Below are positions 27,983 through 44,387 of a DNA stretch of 64,000 nucleotides, piece after piece (positions within the stretch are counted from its first letter, which is position 1; each line of letters opens with the position of its first letter). This DNA is from Eledone cirrhosa (Eukaryota), in the NCBI GenBank assembly GCA_964016885.1, contig OZ024762.1, positions 1 to 64,000 of the forward strand, in the 5' to 3' direction. Below the pieces are notes generated by a model that ran no database searches, was not told where the DNA came from, and saw nothing but the letters and a program-made list of their open reading frames with translations. The position numbers and the translations under genes were made by a program.

Positions 27983-28899
27983 CACACACACCAACACACA
28001 CACAAACACACACACACATGCACACACACACACATGCACACACACACACACATATGATAAGATGGTCTGTGATATTTGTTCCGGGTTTCTGCTCTCCTGT
28101 CAAGGCATTAAAGCAGTGCCGCTTCTGCCAGGAATTAGAACCGATAAATAAGAATGAGATCAGAACGAGGAAAGACCAATGGAATCATAATTTCCTTAGT
28201 CCAGCTCGGAGGTTGGACCACAACTTTTAAATCGATTCATCTTTATAATGTAATGTTAGACATGATTGTAATTATAATGGTATATAAGTCTAAGTAGAAG
28301 ACTAAGTCTTCAAACTTTGACAATGATGTCAGTTGTGTTACAGTGAAAGAAGATATAGTCTCTCTTTGTAAACATATAAAGCTGGTATTATTGCATTACT
28401 CCATCAGAGCAACGGCGGACATTTTGACAACGGAAAATAAATAGAAAAGAAAACCGAACTTTCTAGACAGGAAATGAAAGAGCAGTAGGTAAGAAACTCA
28501 GTACATCATATAAATATGATATATATAACGAGGTTTTACAGAAATAAATCTGGGAAACCTACGAGAATGGATTCAAAGCTGATTATAAGAAGCTTCGAAA
28601 GTTTCTTGGAGTCCACCATTTTGATTCGTCTGCAATGAGGTACAGTATGCATGTTTGTGTGTGCATGTGTGTGAGTGTGTGTGCGTGTGTGCGTGTGTGT
28701 GTTTGTAGTATTGAAGTCAGCAGTTATAGTATATTTATTACATATACATTCGAGTTATATGTATACACCTTTGTAAATAAATACATACACGTATATATAC
28801 ATACGTACGTACATAAATAAATACATACATGCACACATATATATATATTATAAGAATCGGAACCCGACGGCTGAGCTCTTGCCGTTTCAACAGCTAGCT

Positions 28900-29235
<336 letters not shown>

Positions 29236-29727
29236 TTAAAAGATATATATACATATATATACATATATATATACATATATATATATATACATATCTGTGA
29301 GTGCGCTCTCTCTCTCTATCTCTATCTCTCTCTCTATATATATATATAAGCGTAGGATAAGAGAAAATTCTATAGTATTATTCAAAGAGGAGCTTATTGA
29401 AAGGCGAAGCATGATGAAAGAAATAGGAAGAAATGGCGTGTAAAAGTATTTATCACGTGTTTATCACGTGTTTACTCCACCGTGTAAATAGATAAACTGC
29501 TGATTACCTGTTAGAAATAAGGTTCACTGATGAATAACAATTAATAGCAATGTAACTTCTTACAAGCGGAAACCCGTTTTGTTAATATATCGATCTATCA
29601 ATAGATTTATCAATCGATCTATCTATATATCTCTCTCCCTTTCTCTCTCCCCCTCTTTCTCTCGCTATATACATATATATTTATATATATGTATATTATG
29701 GTCTCTTCGAATATAGACGTGTGAGGG

Positions 29728-29790
<63 letters not shown>

Positions 29791-30437
29791 TCACACATAT
29801 ATATATAAAAATATATATACATATATACATACATATAAATATATATATATATACATACTTATACACACACATATATATATATATATATGAATGGTAACTG
29901 AAGCCAGAGAAAGGAAAGTATCTATCAGCAGTCGTTGATATTTTTTGCTATTTATGTCTTTAGATGTGATAATATGATTAGTATACGGTTCATACAATCG
30001 TAGTGTGTGAGTGAGTCTGTGTGAGAGTGTGTGTGTGTGAGTGAGTGTGTGTGTGTGTCTGTCACTGTGTGTGTGTGAGGGTGTGCAATGGCTGTCACTA
30101 ATAACAGTTAGATAATCAGATAAGTCTATATTACGTTAACACAACAATGTTATAAAGGGGAGGTAATTGTGTTATATCTCACCTTATCGACATTCCACAA
30201 ACGATCTCTTGTCAAACTATATCAGGAATGTCACCGGTTTTATCTCACTTTCATCTGTTACTTACTGTCTGGATGTTTGTGTGTATGTGTGCGTGTGATT
30301 GTGTGTGTGAGAGAGTGTGTGTGTGGTTATGTCTGTGTGTGTATGTGAGTATATATATAGACAGATATATATAGATTGATTAGTTATTTATATGTATATA
30401 TATATATCAATATATATATATCAATATATATATATAA

Positions 30438-30533
<96 letters not shown>

Positions 30534-30746
30534 GTATGTGTGTGTATGTGCGCGTAGTTGTGCAGTACCAAGATCTACCGTCAATGGTCAACATATGTAA
30601 TCTAAATTATAAAAGAGAGGTTTTCGTGCCAAAAGAAGTTAAGACGAAAAGACTGAGAAAACCTAAAAATGGGTCTTGTACAGCATATGTCTGGTTTACG
30701 TTTGGTCACGTAAATATCACATACATATATATATATACATACATAC

Positions 30747-30873
<127 letters not shown>

Positions 30874-30904
30874 CACACACACACATACACATACATACAC
30901 ATAC

Positions 30905-30935
<31 letters not shown>

Positions 30936-31049
30936 CATATATATATATACATATATATATATACATATATATATGTATATATATATATATATATATATAC
31001 ACATACATATATATATATACATATATATGTATATATATATATACACATA

Positions 31050-31101
<52 letters not shown>

Positions 31102-31106
31102 GATAC

Positions 31107-31139
<33 letters not shown>

Positions 31140-31153
31140 TACAGATATATATG

Positions 31154-31204
<51 letters not shown>

Positions 31205-31290
31205 GTATATATATACGTTATTCCGGGTTGAATCGGAGGTAACCACAGTAAGTAAGGTACTCAATACATAGCAGAGTATAACAGTTTTAA

Positions 31291-31410
31291 TATAGATGAG
31301 ATTCTACAGGACTAGAACTGTTTCATTCATTTGAAATCATCAGGAATCTCTTGATTCCTGATGATTTCAAATGAATGAAACAGTTCTAGTCCTGTAGAAT
31401 CTCATCTATA
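31291..31410. repeat. ~58-bp-arm perfect fold-back hairpin (related copies at 52793-52885 and 41372-41420)
   Basis: atagatgagattctacaggactagaactgtttcattcatttgaaatcatcaggaatc, a tctt loop, then the exact reverse complement. Confidence 0.9.
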
Positions 31411-31452
<42 letters not shown>

Positions 31453-31470
31453 ATATATATATATACACAC

Positions 31471-31629
<159 letters not shown>

Positions 31630-31717
31630 CAGATATACATGTGTGTGTATGTATGGGTGTATATCGTGTACTCTGTTGAGTATGGTCTAACCAGTTTCTA
31701 ACTTAATCCGTCCTGAT

Positions 31718-31767
<50 letters not shown>

Positions 31768-31875
31768 TCACGCAAGAAATAGATCACCAATGTTCTACAA
31801 TAAATACATTATTTGATTTACATATGTTTCATTCTCTAAAGAGGAAAAAAAAGAAAAAAGTTAAGTGCTTCTTAC

Positions 31876-32551
31876 CGCCTCTCCAGATTGGTTTGACATT
31901 CTCGCGGGGTCCGTTTCTATAGGCTGGACGAGTTCTCGCAAGCTTCTTCTCCTTGTTAGCCGGGATCAACGGGAATCTCGTTGCTTGAGGACGCTGTTTC
32001 GGTTTCCACCAGGGGCGTTTCGTGGTCGTCATTGATTCTGCTCTTCCACTCGACCAATTTTTAGAAGTGCTCCTGCCGCCATTTTCTTTGTTACGACGGT
32101 AATAATAATAATAGTTATTACTACGATTATTACCACCTACACTACCTCCACCACCACGATTATTGTCATGATCATGATCATCATCGCCGTCATCACCAGT
32201 ACCGATTGATTTTCTATCATTATCAGATTTTCTCGCACCGGCCGCATCGCTGTTTCTTGGGGTCACCGTATCATTGCTACCAACGTTGTTATTACTTCCA
32301 ACTAACCAACTACAGTCGGCCTTCTTCGGCCAATCACATGTCTGGGTGACTGTATTAAAGTTTAGTTCATCTGGACAGAAGAACTGGTAAAGTTTGCCAC
32401 CCGTGCAACGTATGAAAAGGTTTGGTTTCGTCGGATGACAACGATATTTCGGATCATCTTTACAAGGGAGTCTAGCCCCGTAACTTAGTAACAGGGAAGC
32501 TGAGAAGTACACCAGATGAAACACTATCGCGTTTCTCATTGTTCCGTTCAT
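31876..32551 (-). CDS. Chitin deacetylase, exon 1 (signal peptide, CBM14/peritrophin-A domain, low-complexity linker)
   Basis: Hydrophobic N-terminus (start ATG at 32551 or 32539); CKDDPKYRCHPTKPNLFIRCTGGKLYQFFCPDELNFNTVTQTCDWPKKADC; phase-1 donor GGCG|gtaag joins in frame to exon 2, giving ~550 aa. Confidence 0.88.
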
Positions 32552-32870
32552 ATTTCTTCTTCGTCTTCTTCTATATTTCGGTCTTCTTCTTACTTCTGTC
32601 TCTCTTTCTTTCAGCTATAGGAATTCTTTACCTTCACTCTAAACCTGTCTTTCTCTCTCTCACTGTCTTTAGCAATGTATCAGGGTCTTTTGCTGTCGGT
32701 TTCTTTCTCAATGTATGTCCATTAGAAAGTAAAGTTCAGGAAATATATACAGACAGAGACAGAGACAGAGTCACAGAGACAGATATATATATATATACGT
32801 GTGTGTGTATCTTTGCAAAGTCTGTGTTTCCTTTCTTGTTCGTATATCTATAGGTATATGTGTCCGTACG

Positions 32871-32905
<35 letters not shown>

Positions 32906-33185
32906 ATATATATATGTATGTTATGTATTATATTATATTATATTATATTATAGTATATTATATTATATGAAGTATCACATCGAAGCTGAAGCCGCAATAG
33001 GGATGCTAAATCCAATGATAAGTTAGTGGTATTCTATATGTTACGATGTGTTACGACCAGTGTGTCGATGTTTCACGACCAGTCACGATCTCTTACGACG
33101 TGTTACGATCTCTTACGAACTGTTGCGATGGCGAACGACTGAGACCTCAAACGCTGATTGCCTTAAACTGAGGTGAAACTTTCAC

Positions 33186-33214
33186 TTTTATAGCCATCTG
33201 ATAGTATGACGTCA
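33186..33214 (-). promoter_or_regulatory. Candidate CDA promoter: TATAAAA plus perfect CRE (TGACGTCA)
   Basis: TATAAAA on the minus strand at 33186-33192 and CRE at 33207-33214, ~640 nt upstream of the ATG. Confidence 0.4.
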
Positions 33215-33350
33215 CAGCCATTGTCCCCAGATTTAAATAATTCGATTCCTAATCTCCCCCCAGCATTAGCCACGCAACCCCTCATTCACCCATCCATCCC
33301 CCGAGCCAAAAAAGGAACGGAGACTCCCCACTCCCCCAAATCAATAAAGT

Positions 33351-33416
<66 letters not shown>

Positions 33417-33537
33417 CGAGCGAATATGTGTGTATGTGCATACACACGTGCATATATACATATATATCTATATATATCCATACATATATATATATATATA
33501 TACACACACATATATATACACATAAATATGTATATAC

Positions 33538-33569
<32 letters not shown>

Positions 33570-33750
33570 ATGTGTATATATATATGTACATATATATATA
33601 TACATATATATATACATACATATATACATATATATATATACATATATACCTGTCTATGTGTGTATATTTGTATGTGTATATATGTGTGTATATATGTGTA
33701 TATATGTGTGTATATATGAGTATATATGTGTATATATGTCTGTGTATATG

Positions 33751-33787
<37 letters not shown>

Positions 33788-33838
33788 ATATATGTGTATG
33801 TATGTGTATATATGTGTATATATGTGTATATATGTCTG

Positions 33839-33898
<60 letters not shown>

Positions 33899-34048
33899 GA
33901 GCAGAGACACAGGACATGTTAAGGACTTTCACTAGATGACATTAATGATATACAGTGGTATAGTGTATGTTGGTACTTCAACACATGGTTAAATACACAC
34001 ACACACACGCGCACACACACACACATGCACACACACACACACACACAC

Positions 34049-34104
<56 letters not shown>

Positions 34105-36059
34105 TTGTGTGTGTGATTTAAATTCCAATGTTACACTTTCAAATGTAAATTTGCACACACATACATACAACACACTGGCGACATCAATACAAACACAAAC
34201 ATACATACATACACATATATACACACATATATACATACACACAACCATATACACAAACATATACATACACACACATATACACATACATGCATACACACAT
34301 ACATATATGCAAACATACATACATATTTACACGTATATATATATATATATATACATACATGCCCATATACACACATACATACATATATGCCCATGTACAC
34401 ACATACATATGTATACACACACACACATACACATATATATATATATATATATACATACATGCCCATATACACACACACACATACATATATGCCCATATAC
34501 ACACACACACACATACATATATGCCCATATACACACATATATACATATACACACGTATATACACACATACATACATATATACACATATACACACATATAC
34601 ACACATACATACATATATACACATATACACATATACATACATATATACACATATACACAGATACATTTGACCCTAAATTCTAGTTTAAACAAAGATGATC
34701 AAACATGGAATCTCCAGAAAACAAAGCTTCGCAATTTCTACATTTAACCCTACCCACCCTCCCCCAGCCCACCACCACCATTAATACCAACAACACCACC
34801 ATCACCACCATCACAACCACCACCACCACCACTTTCACCGCCACCGCCACCACCAATACCACCGCCACCACACCACACCTAACACCACCACACTACACCA
34901 AACTACACCACACCGCATTACACCATACCAAACACCTGAGTACACACTCCATCACACCCAACACACTACACCACAGCATACTACATTGCACTCCACCACA
35001 CCAAACAACACATCCTACTACACTACACCACATTACACACCTCCACAACCAAAACTCCACCACACTACATTACACTCCACCACACCATACCACACTACAC
35101 TCCACCACACAACACTACACCACACCACCACACCCTACCACACCACACTACATTACACTCCACCACACCACACTATACCACACCACATTACATTACATTA
35201 CAAATGTAATCACTAAATAAAAGGATTTGATATAAAAATAACCCGAACCCCGAATCCGGTCCTCATTCTAATCCCTAATCAACAAAACATAAAAGGTTTA
35301 AATACGGAGAAAAACTAGGAGAGAATTTCTGTAAGATTGCACAAACTAGAAAAGACGGACGTAACACAACCCAGGACAATATTGGAAAATTCCGAATTCG
35401 AAATATGTAAGGTATAAAAATATCTGGAGTTCTGGTGGTGGAGGTGTGTGGGGTTTAAACAATGGTGGCTGTGGTGTGGGTGTGTATGGGGGGAGGGGGG
35501 TAAATAGGGTCCTTACATAACCCCGTTGGTCACTGGTTCTGCTCACAACCCTCACATTAGACAACATATGAGATAAATGCGTTACACGACGCATTAAAAC
35601 ACTATCTAAGTGTGTTTTTCTACACTACACAACACATTAGATAAATATGTTTTACTATACTACACACTAGATAAATGAGTTTACAACATAAATGTAAATG
35701 TTGACACTACACAACACATTGTGTAAATGTGTTTTACAACACTACACAACAACAACAACAACAAGAACGGTAGCAATAACAGCAACAGCAGCAGCAATAG
35801 TAACAACATTAATAATAACAACTACAACAATAGCAATAACAACAGCGTTAACAACATCAACAACAACAGCAACAACATCAACAAGACCAATAACAACAGT
35901 AACAACAACAGTAACAACAACAGTAACAACAACAGTAATACCAGTAATGTTAAGTTAAACAACAACAGTAATGTTAAGTTAAAGAGTAAACCGGAAGCAG
36001 CTGAAATAACAGACAGGATTTAGAATAATTTGGCGGTCAACGTTAAAGGAATGGAGGGA

Positions 36060-36122
<63 letters not shown>

Positions 36123-36486
36123 TGTGTGGGTGGTGGTGGTGGTGGTAGGGTAGTTACAGAGTAAATATACATACTTTAAATACATTAAATAGAACTGGAG
36201 AAATAAACCTCAATGAGGCAGATGTGGATTTCTATAATGGCCGCCATTTCTATAATGTCCGCCATGTCAACAAATGTATTAATACAAAAAATAACATTGA
36301 ATTATCTAACAGTATAAATATCAAATAAAATAATAATGATGGTTTCTGGTTTAGGCACACGGCAAACCATTTTGGCGGGAGGGGAAAATCGATTAAACAA
36401 CTCCAGTGCATTTTGTTTTATCGATCGCGTGAAGATGAAAGGCAAAACTAACATTGATAATAATAATAATAATAATAATAATAATG

Positions 36487-36860
36487 TTTTCTTTATTAAC
36501 CACAAGGGTTTACACAAAGTAAACATTAAGGACAGTACAGGACAATACAGGACGGTACAAATGGGCATTTCTGCGTGTAAAAAAACCAAAAAAACAGAGG
36601 ATGTAATAATAGAACAATGAAAAATTCCCCAATAGGGGGGAGACTTCCGAGGGACATTTGTGGAGAAAGCCCATTAAAAGACCACAGTGACCCTGACCAC
36701 CAGGGAAAGTGCCCTCTCCCAGTTTTCCACCTTTAATTTACAGACACATACTCAGAGAAGGCCCATTCACTCGGGCCATACTTGCCTCTCTCACCCGTCT
36801 TTCAACAAAATGCTGGGAAGAGAGCACTTCTCTCTCTACCCTGATTTTCCTTTTCAAATG
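36487..36860 (-). mobile_element. Tx1/L1-clade LINE short 3' fragment in (TAA)n
   Basis: HLKRKIRVEREVLSS..RVNGPSL is homologous to the 20655 and 37274 ORFs; flanked by TAA repeats. Confidence 0.75.
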
Positions 36861-36923
<63 letters not shown>

Positions 36924-36978
36924 TGTTTCTACTTTTGGCACAAGGCCAGCCATTACCCAGTGTATTACTGGTAATAAT

Positions 36979-37946
36979 GATTTCTTTATTGGCCACAAGG
37001 GCTGACACCAAGAAAAACATTACAGACGGCACAGGACGGTACGATGTGAGTTTTGTGCGTGTAAAGATTTTTATTATTTATATAAGAAAAGAAAAAAAAA
37101 GGACATAGAAACGTATATATATATAAACAATAAAAATGAAAATTGAAACAATGAAAAAATTCTCCAATAGGGGGAAACCTCCGAGGGTTACTCGTAGCGA
37201 AAACCACACAAAAGACCACGGCCACCCTGACCACCAGGGCAAGCGCCCTCTCTCAATTTTTCCATTTCTCAAACTACAGGCGTATATTCAGAGCGGTCCC
37301 GTTCACTCGGACCATTCTCGCTACATTCCCCCACCTCTCAACAAACTTGCTAGAAGGCAGCACTTGCCTCTCCACCCTGATTTTCCTCTTCAAGTGAAAC
37401 TTGAAAAAGTTAATTAGGGATTCGCCGAAGCAGAAAGTGTCTGTCTTTAACCCTTTCAATCTTGTCCACCACACAATCTCTTTCGCCATGGCCACCAGGA
37501 AGATGAAAACCGCCTGCCCTTCCTCCTCGAAGGAAGACGGCGAGACCATCTGCACAATGGACTCAGTCGGTAACTGGATCAGTCCTACACGCGACAGCAA
37601 CTGTTCGACATAGCTCCACAAGTCAGCAATGCTCGGGCACTGAACGAGTGCGTGCACGACAGTTTCGTCGCTCTGCGCGCATCTCGGACAGGCTCGGCTG
37701 ACGGCACTTCCGTGCCTGTAGAGCTTATCTCGAACCGGCAACGCTCCCCGGTAGCACTGCAAGGCCAGAGATTTTTGGAAGTTATCCATAGGCCCTGGGC
37801 TGAAAGTTCTCCGGAAGAGAGCAAACAGCTGATCTTCTTCGACACCCAGGATCTCTCCGAGAACGTCGTCGCTCTTCCTCTCCACTAGTCCTCTATAGAA
37901 CGCCGAGGTGGATGTTCCACCGATACTGGTGCCCAGCTGGCAGAGG
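36979..37946 (-). mobile_element. Tx1/L1-clade LINE 3' fragment
   Basis: QCYRGALPVRDKLYRHG...CPRCAQSDETVVHALVQCP...LKRKIRVERQ (zf-RVT region). Confidence 0.85.
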
Positions 37947-37961
37947 GCAATAATAATAATA

Positions 37962-38215
37962 GTGATCACAATATTGCGGCAAAAAAATTTGACAAGCTAC
38001 GAAAGTATAAAAATCTGCTTATTGAAATTGAGAAGATGTGGCACCTCAAGGCTGTTACAATACCAGGGATTGTGGGAGGACTGGGAATGATCAAGAAAGG
38101 ATCAGAACAATATTTGCGAATGATTCCTGGTTTATCCTCTCTGCATCAGGTGCAAAAAATTGTTTTGACTGGTACTGCACACGTATTCAGAAGAGCACTA
38201 TCTCTGTAAGATTGA
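37962..38215 (+). mobile_element. R4/Dong-like RLE retrotransposon 3' fragment
   Basis: Translation IVGGLGMIKKGSEQYLRMIPGLSSLHQVQKIVLTGTAHVFRRALSL* resembles the R4/Dong C-terminus; adjoins a TAA repeat. Confidence 0.6.
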
Positions 38216-38599
38216 TAACCCTCCTTGTATTTACATATGCACGTGTGTATATATGTATACTGTTTTTTTTAAATTATAATCAAAGTGCTGTATTAACTGG
38301 CTTACCAATGCACACTGTGAATTTATTTGCCCTAGGCATATATCACACACACACATACATATACTCACACACACATATATACACTCACACACACATATAC
38401 ATATTACTGTAAATAAACTGCCTTAATGACTCCAATTGCATTGGCGGTGATGATGATGATAAAAATAATGGTGATGATAATGATGATGGTGATAGTGGTG
38501 GTGATGGTGATAGTGTTGGTGATGATGATGGTGATGATTTTAATGATGATGATGATGGTGGTGATGGTGATGGTGATAGTGGTGGTGATGGTAAAGATA

Positions 38600-38658
<59 letters not shown>

Positions 38659-38959
38659 GGTGCCGGGGTGATGATGATGATCAAAGGATCAACGAAGTAT
38701 TAACGGATGGTCTCTGATTCTACAATTGTCTCAGCTTTCATCTCTCGTCACGTTAATCTCTTTCTTACGTCCATCCAACTTCTTAAACACACGATTTCAT
38801 TTGATGAGAGATTTGAAAAGGAAAAACTCACTGAATTCTTAACAAAGGAGTGCTTTTCTTTACAGGTTTATGTCGTAGCTTAATTTACAGTGTCATTCTC
38901 TACAGAGATCTCCACGTGTCTGTGGTGAAGCCAGGCGAAGCAGCTTTGCTAATTAAATG

Positions 38960-39350
38960 GATTTGAAGGAAAGTCATTAGAGTTTTGGACAAATGTTGAG
39001 CATATTCGTTCCGACTCTTTACGTTTTGATTTCAAATCCCACCGAGGTTAGATTTTATCTTTCATCCTTATGGGGATCGATAAAATAAAGTACCAGTAAC
39101 ACACTGGGGTAGATTTAATGACTTTCCCCTCCCCAAAATTGCTGGCCTTCTGCTTAAATTAGGAACCATTTTACTAATGGATTTGGCAGGATCGTTAAGG
39201 CGTTGGACAAATATTTAGTATATTTATTTTGTCTCTTTACGTCCCGAGTTCAAACTCAGCCGAGGGCAAATATGCTTTTAATCCTTCCGAGGTCGATAAT
39301 ATATAGTACCAGTAACATACTCGCGCTAGCATAATCGACTTTCCATTTCC
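38960..39350 (+). mobile_element. Two degenerate tandem SINE family A copies
   Basis: ttcaaatcccaccgagg..ttcatcctt..gatcgataaaataaagtaccagt and gagttcaaactcagccgagg..atccttccgaggtcgataa..gtaccagt. Confidence 0.7.
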
Positions 39351-39953
39351 CATAAAGAAAAAGAATTCTATTATATTTATGCATCTTCCGTCGAATTCTA
39401 TTACTATTATTTCTTGTTCGTCCAAATGTACCAGCCGTGTCCTTAAACTATAGTGCACGTGACTGAGTATTCCACAGACACGAGTACCCTTAATGTTATC
39501 ATTAAAACGAAAGGTGTTACACAGTGGGATCGAAGCTGGACCCATGCAGTAAAAGAAAACGAACGCATTAACTTACACAGCCATTCCTATCTACAAAAAC
39601 GCGTAGATTCCCGTGAATAAAATCAACAGAGCGTAATATTTTAAAGATGTTAGCATATATTTACCAAATACCAACACCCCTCCTCCCAGATTCAAGCCTT
39701 CCCGAGCCTCCAGCTCCCAGCGATTTAATGCAATGCATTATTTCATATATGTGTGATGTGATGTAATCTTTTAATCCATTTTGTGCGGCCATTTTGAGTG
39801 GCCATTTTGTATGGCAGATATTTCGGTTAAGCTGTTTGAGAATGTCAGAATGGTGGAGTTGAATCTTGGTTGGCAGAGATTGCACTTTAACGTCACATTA
39901 ACCATTAATTGTTTGATGTAATATTTGATGATAATTACGTATACATACATACG

Positions 39954-40002
<49 letters not shown>

Positions 40003-40053
40003 TATATACATACATATATACGCATACATACATAAATACATGCACACACACAG

Positions 40054-40096
<43 letters not shown>

Positions 40097-40200
40097 CATA
40101 TATATGTGCATAGATATATACATGTATACATATACATATATATTTATACATATATAAATATATATATGTATAGAAACATATTTATACATATGTATATATT

Positions 40201-40320
<120 letters not shown>

Positions 40321-40676
40321 TGTGTTTGTAGTGTGTTTGTAGAGGGGTGTATGTATGTGTGTGAGTGTGTAAGTATGTTTGTGTATGTGTATGTGTATAT
40401 GTGTATGTGCGAGTGTGTGTCTGTCCTGAGGGAAGATATTCTACTTTACTGATGCCTTTCATAATAAAGGTCACCCATTATCGATTAAGAATCGAAATGC
40501 TAAATTAATAAATTCACACACATACCTACCTACCTCTCTCTGTATATATATATATATATATATATGGGTATATATATACATACATATATATATGTATCTA
40601 TGTATATTATATATATGCGAGTAAATGTGTACATGTATATATAAATATATATATATATATAAATACATATATATAA

Positions 40677-40753
<77 letters not shown>

Positions 40754-40766
40754 TATATATATATGT

Positions 40767-40859
<93 letters not shown>

Positions 40860-41147
40860 TATAAACATATATATATATACATATATATATATATATGTAC
40901 TTTGATAGAGAAGGGGGGGGGGGATATACTTCAAGGGTATCTAGAAGAGAAATACGAGCCATATTGTTGAAATAAATTAAATGAACTACAATCAAATATA
41001 TTAATTCGTGTTCACATCACTTGCACGTGATCAATGGAACAACAAACATACCCACACAACCCCTCCCTCCATTATTTATATATATACATATATATAATAT
41101 TTCTTCATAGTATTGTGTCGTTTGCTTTGCTATTTCTGTTTGCCGTT

Positions 41148-41211
<64 letters not shown>

Positions 41212-41302
41212 CATATATATATATATGAAGTATTTCCGTAGAAACGGTAAAGGAAATAAGAGTGCTCTATGTATAGTACAGAGCTATTTAATTATTTATT
41301 AA

Positions 41303-41344
<42 letters not shown>

Positions 41345-41439
41345 CTGCGTCATATTTTATATAGGAAGGTCTTCTACAGGATTACTTCATACGAATGAAA
41401 CTGTTCTAGTCCTGTAGAAACCCTTCTTCGTCTTATTTT

Positions 41440-41900
41440 TATTTGGCCACATATTCCTGAGAAGGTCGTGGGAGGGGCAGAGTCATCAAACATTCCTTCC
41501 AGTGGGTCCTGTCAGAAGCAACCGTCTCCAACTGATCCAGCTGGATCCTCCAAGTGAGACCAGCCAAGCTCATGGATGTTATCCAACCATCTTGCTCGCG
41601 GTTCACCCCTGGGTCTGCTGCTGGTTGGTTTTGCCTGTAAAATCTGTCCAGTGATTTTTTCCTGAGACATTCTAACCACATGTCCATAGTATCAGAGCTG
41701 TGATGTCTGAATTAGGGGAAGTAGCAGTTCTACAGGGAGTGATTCTCTGATCTCCGATCTACAAATCTGACCAGGGATTCTTTCCTGAGACATTCTAACC
41801 ATAGTAGCAGAGCCCTGATCTCTCAATTCAGAGAAGTAGCGGCTCTACCTGGAGTGACTCTCTCATCTTCTTGAAGAAAGAATCATGCCTACATTGTTAA
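41440..41900 (-). mobile_element. Degenerate RTE-like LINE fragment with internal duplication
   Basis: Frameshifted RTE-like C-terminal translation; the block ttcctgagacattctaacca..cagag..tgat is duplicated. Confidence 0.5.
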
Positions 41901-42081
41901 ACTTCAACACGATTCTTCTCGGGTGTCTCCTTTATTTGTAACTCCGTTGATTTTCTCTCATTTATAACTTTACTCCCATCTTTCATTGTCCATAAACCAC
42001 CAAAGAATATTTCCTAAAACTCACACACGGACACACACACACCACTTTATTGATTTCAACCAGTTTTCGTTTATATATACG

Positions 42082-42139
<58 letters not shown>

Positions 42140-42755
42140 TCTATTTTCTTTCATATACTTTAGTAAAAAACCGACTTTCACGGAGTCTCAGTGGTTGTCT
42201 CTTTATATATATATTTATTTACTGTTTGTTTGCGTGTAATTCTGGCTGATATTTCAGCTAAAGATGTAAAGATGTACTGATATTTCATCTAAAGATGTAA
42301 AGATGTACTCAATGGCTCATTTCAAGTTGTTGCTTTCTCCTCTTCCTCTATATCTTCTTCCTCTTCTTCATCTTCTTCCTCCTCTTTATCTTCTACTTCT
42401 TTATCTTCTTTCTCTTCATTCTCTTCTCCTTCTCCTTTATTTTGTTCTTTATCTTCTTCGTATTTTCTTATTTATCTTCATTTTCTTTATCCTCGTTTTC
42501 TTCTTATTAATATCATCATCATCATCATCATTTTCCAGTTAAATACCAATACCACCAACAATAATAATTGTTTCTACTTTTGGCACAAGGCCAGCAAATA
42601 ACCAGTGTATTACTGGTACTATAATAATAACAATCTGTTTTACTTCAAATATATATGGCGTCGCCAAGTGTTAAAATGGAGGACTGTGGTAAAACATCTG
42701 GGTATCTCTTGGATAACATGTTTTCTGTGAGTGAGTGTGACAAAAACACACACAC

Positions 42756-42829
<74 letters not shown>

Positions 42830-43036
42830 AAAACACTCTCTCTCTCCCTCTCTCTATTATATAAATAGATAAATAAATACCATTGTTAAATAATAAATAA
42901 ATCAACTAATACCTTAACACTTCACACAAAGTAAAACATTTCGTTTTAATCAGTTTCTAACCCAGAAAAGAGAGAGAGAGAAACAAAAAGGAAAAAAATA
43001 TTTTTTTCTTCCTAATAATCGTCTCTTTCTCCCTGT

Positions 43037-43097
<61 letters not shown>

Positions 43098-43470
43098 CAC
43101 ATGCATATATATATATTGAGCTTTCATACAACCAATGGACACCATTGGTACCATGAAACCACAGATGACTGGATGATATGATGAAAATGACTGCAGATCA
43201 GGAAAGGAAAAAGAGGTTACATTCAGTCACAAACGGAATTAAGGAGATTGCAGAAAAATTGAGAATACATTTTGAACAATATGGCGATTCTGCGACTGAA
43301 GCCGCCAAGAATTATGAATTTCTGTAACTGCTATTGATCAGTGAAGATAATGGCGGTGCCCTAGCATGGCCTCAGCCTGTTGACTGGAACACGTAATAGA
43401 CTAATGGAGTAATAACGAGAATGTTTTTGTTTATTTTGCCCACTGAAACGATCGTAAAACAATAGATTAA

Positions 43471-43691
43471 CCCTTTAACATTTAAACCGGCCACATCCGG
43501 CCAGAATTCTCTCACCTCTTTTTGTTCAAACCGGCCGTAACTGATCACTCATACTTATGTTGAGGTATTGTTCTCAAATAAATAACATCAAAATCTCATA
43601 GATTCGATATTATGTGGGATGATTATGTAAGATAAAGCTTTTACCATAAAAAAATGTTACTTATATATAGAGTAATGTAAACGCTAAAGGG
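43471..43691. mobile_element. piggyBac-type MITE
   Basis: TTAA on both sides (43467-43470, 43692-43695); termini CCCTTTAACATTTA...TAAACGCTAAAGGG form imperfect TIRs. Confidence 0.75.
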
Positions 43692-44160
43692 TTAATTAGC
43701 TGGTAAACCTGATCTTATTTGTTACATTGTTCAACATCTTTGAACCACCCGGTGATAGCCTGTTGCAATTCGAGCGGAGGTCTTTGTATTCATATGCCCT
43801 CTGGTTTAAATAGATGTGCACTCTAGCAAGTAATGCTCTGTTTGTATTACTAAGATGTACATTATCTGACAAACAATGTCGCTCGTGAGCTATTTCGAAA
43901 TTTGTGGTGTTAAAAACACATCATCTTACATAATGTTGGTTGAGTTTCTGAAGAAAAATACTTGAATGTACTGGAGTACCTGAAACGATAGAGAGAAGTA
44001 GCGAGAAGAAGCAAATGTACCGAGGTGTTGCACCTAACAATATGAGACACCCAGTACCTGAAGACCGGAGAACAGTAATGGCGCCTGAATATATATACAC
44101 ATACATACACATATACATACACTCACATACATATATACATACTCATATATATACATACAT

Positions 44161-44212
<52 letters not shown>

Positions 44213-44216
44213 TCTC

Positions 44217-44251
<35 letters not shown>

Positions 44252-44327
44252 TATATATATATATACACACATATATATAAACATACACACATATATATAT
44301 ATACGTAGACATATACACACACACGCG

Positions 44328-44387
<60 letters not shown>

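Noticed and set aside
34705-36023. Thr/His/Asn-rich ORFs (also 58115-58600 and 38385-38684)
   Set aside because: Trinucleotide and pentanucleotide simple repeats with no supporting gene structure.
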